Shown: positions 61,592 to 63,903 of the stretch, piece by piece
Position numbering within the stretch: the stretch's first letter is position 1
Layout: every line of letters starts with the position of its first letter
Source: Octopus bimaculoides
Taxonomy: Eukaryota
DNA length: 63,903 bases
Direction of reading: 5' to 3'
NCBI RefSeq assembly: GCF_001194135.2
Contig: NC_068981.1
Location: 108,105,359 to 108,169,261 of the forward strand
Translations under genes and position numbers: made by a program
The notes under the pieces: generated by a model
Database searches by the model: none
Told to the model about the DNA's origin: nothing
Seen by the model: the letters and a program-made list of their open reading frames with translations, nothing else

Positions 61592-63564
61592 CTTTCTCTA
61601 TTCCCGAGCGTTAAACTAATACATCCATTTGTTGTTTACACCACCTGTCTTCGTCTGTTGTTGTTTTTTTNNNNNNNNNNNNNNNNNNNNNNNNNNNNNN
61701 NNNNNNNNNNNNNNNNNNNNNNNNNNNNNNNNNNNNNNNNNNNNNNNNNNNNNNNNNNNNNNNNNNNNNNNNNNNNNNNNNNNNNNNNNNNNNNNNNNNN
61801 NNNNNNNNNNNNNNNNNNNNNNNNNNNNNNNNNNNNNNNNNNNNNNNNNNNNNNNNNNNNNNNNNNNNNNNNNNNNNNNNNNNNNNNNNNNNNNNNNNNN
61901 NNNNNNNNNNNNNNNNNNNNNNNNNNNNNNNNNNNNNNNNNNNNNNNNNNNNNNNNNNNNNNNNNNNNNNNNNNNNNNNNNNNNNNNNNNNNNNNNNNNN
62001 NNNNNNNNNNNNNNNNNNNNNNNNNNNNNNNNNNNNNNNNNNNNNNNNNNNNNNNNNNNNNNNNNNNNNNNNNNNNNNNNNNNNNNNNNNNNNNNNNNNN
62101 NNNNNNNNNNNNNNNNNNNNNNNNNNNNNNNNNNNNNNNNNNNNNNNNNNNNNNNNNNNNNNNNNNNNNNNNNNNNNNNNNNNNNNNNNNNNNNNNNNNN
62201 NNNNNNNNNNNNNNNNNNNNNNNNNNNNNNNNNNNNNNNNNNNNNNNNNNNNNNNNNNNNNNNNNNNNNNNNNNNNNNNNNNNNNNNNNNNNNNNNNNNN
62301 NNNNNNNNNNNNNNNNNNNNNNNNNNNNNNNNNNNNNNNNNNNNNNNNNNNNNNNNNNNNNNNNNNNNNNNNNNNNNNNNNNNNNNNNNNNNNNNNNNNN
62401 NNNNNNNNNNNNNNNNNNNNNNNNNNNNNNNNNNNNNNNNNNNNNNNNNNNNNNNNNNNNNNNNNNNNNNNNNNNNNNNNNNNNNNNNNNNNNNNNNNNN
62501 NNNNNNNNNNNNNNNNNNNNNNNNNNNNNNNNNNNNNNNNNNNNNNNNNNNNNNNNNNNNNNNNNNNNNNNNNNNNNNNNNNNNNNNNNNNNNNNNNNNN
62601 NNNNNNNNNNNNNNNNNNNNNNNNNNNNATATATATGTATATGTGTATATATATGTATATATTATACATGTCTACATGCATACACACACACACACACACA
62701 AATATATGCATATACAGGTATATATTTGGTAGCACAAACAAGATAAACGAAACTCAAAACATGAATATATATATTTTTTTTTTCTCATTATTTTTAATCA
62801 GCAGAAGTTACAAGTAACTCAAGGGACAAAAGGTTTGTGTATGGAGAAACTCTCGTCGTGCTTGACTCACAATTAAAGTTTGCTGACTGTTGATTAAAAA
62901 CTTTAAAAATATACAAACATACAAACATGTATATCCATATTATTGACACTATATTAAATATATCATTCCAACAATTACACACATGTGCGCACGCACACAC
63001 ACACACACATGCACACATACACACACACACATGCATAGATATGTAATTGCTGATATAATATATTTAATTATATATAATATACTTAATATACTTTCAAAAA
63101 GTATTTATATGTCATCTTATGAAAAGAAAACTGTTGTTTCTATGGTAATTGTTTATGTTATCAAGTATGATTATTATTGGCTTATCATTGGATTAGTGAT
63201 AGGATTTAGGCTGATAATACCACCAATCTACAGATTAGAATATATAAGTCAATCAAAGAAACAGCTTCAAATTTTTAAACAACATTGATTAAGACCTGAA
63301 TTTCTTTATAAAAAACTGGAGTACTGTTATCAATACCCAGACAACAGCACTATTTTGATTCTTATAGACCATATTGCAATAAATCATTTGCTTATCATCC
63401 TGTTATTGGTCATTCAGTTTGCACCTACACTTCCTGCTAAGTTATGACTAAAGTATTAGATTCAACCAATAAACAATTTTTTTTTTCCTCACATTGGAAA
63501 AATAAAGTGAGTCAAACATTGAAGCTTGCATTTTCTCTCTGGTTATACATAATTATTATTCTTT

Positions 63565-63730
63565 TACTTGTTTCAATCATTTGACTGCGGCCATGCTGGA
63601 GCACTGCCTTTAAGGGCTTTAGCCAAAGAAATTGACCCCAGGACTTATTCTATCAGTCTCTTTTTGACAAACCACTAATTTACGTGGATGTAAGCACACC
63701 CAGCAATGGTGTGGGGACAAACACAGACAC
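63565..63730 (-). mobile_element. SINE family A 3' fragment
   Basis: TTTTACTTGTTTCAATCATTTGACTGCGGCCATGCTGGAGCAC... Confidence 0.7.
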
Positions 63731-63757
63731 AGATATATACATATATATATATATATA

Positions 63758-63885
63758 TATGGATCATAAGAGTTTGATTCAAATTCGTTGGTACTCCACA
63801 TTTCAAGCATGATGCTAGTCTTCAGCCATTTTGAATTTGAAACTTGGAGTACCAACAAATTTGAATCAAACTTTTTTGATCCATA
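63758..63885. repeat. Foldback element with about 41-bp arms
   Basis: TATGGATCATAAGAGTTTGATTCAAATTCGTTGGTACTCCA / TGGAGTACCAACAAATTTGAATCAAACTTTTTTGATCCATA. Confidence 0.85.
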
Positions 63886-63903
63886 CATGTAACTCCCAAT
63901 AAA

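Larger units (their letters stand above)
60185..61650 (-). mobile_element. Second Penelope-like relic: GIY-YIG (about 61175-61471, minus) between inverted hammerhead-bearing terminal repeats
   Basis: HSYHITDSFTCTSRNVIYCISYSFCPSLYISQ.ADWFVEHLQDIR...EQELIFSLRSFVPH; repeats about 60185-60355 (-) and 61520-61650 (+) are homologous. Confidence 0.8.

Noticed and set aside
63367-63445. PYCNKSFAYH, reminiscent of a C2H2 zinc finger
   Set aside because: Lacks the CxxC pair and correct His spacing; short and isolated

Overview
AT-rich, repeat-dense eukaryotic genomic DNA with many N gaps. The SINE/LINE families and microsatellite load look cephalopod (Octopus-like); this is inferred from recognising the repeats, not from a database hit. 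One host gene is well supported: a divergent UNC93-family MFS membrane protein on the + strand, with four coding exons (663-1727, 6398-6533, 17544-17675, 21442-21668). All junctions are GT-AG and phase-compatible, giving 519 aa. The rest is introns and intergenic DNA filled with decayed mobile elements: RTE-type and R4/Dong-like LINEs, several SINE families, two Helitrons, five Tc1/mariner relics, hAT and piggyBac-type MITEs, a GC-rich hAT transposase pseudogene and three Penelope-like (GIY-YIG) relics. The most notable signal is in two unrelated Penelope-like elements. Each has inverted terminal repeats carrying minimal type I hammerhead ribozyme folds: one family has a tRNA-like Pol III promoter upstream of the ribozyme, the other has a CUGUUGA core variant shared by both copies. 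There are also five unrelated near-complete foldback (hairpin) elements. Most ORFs in the supplied track are artefacts of microsatellites and N runs. TE boundaries are approximate unless TIRs or TSDs are quoted.
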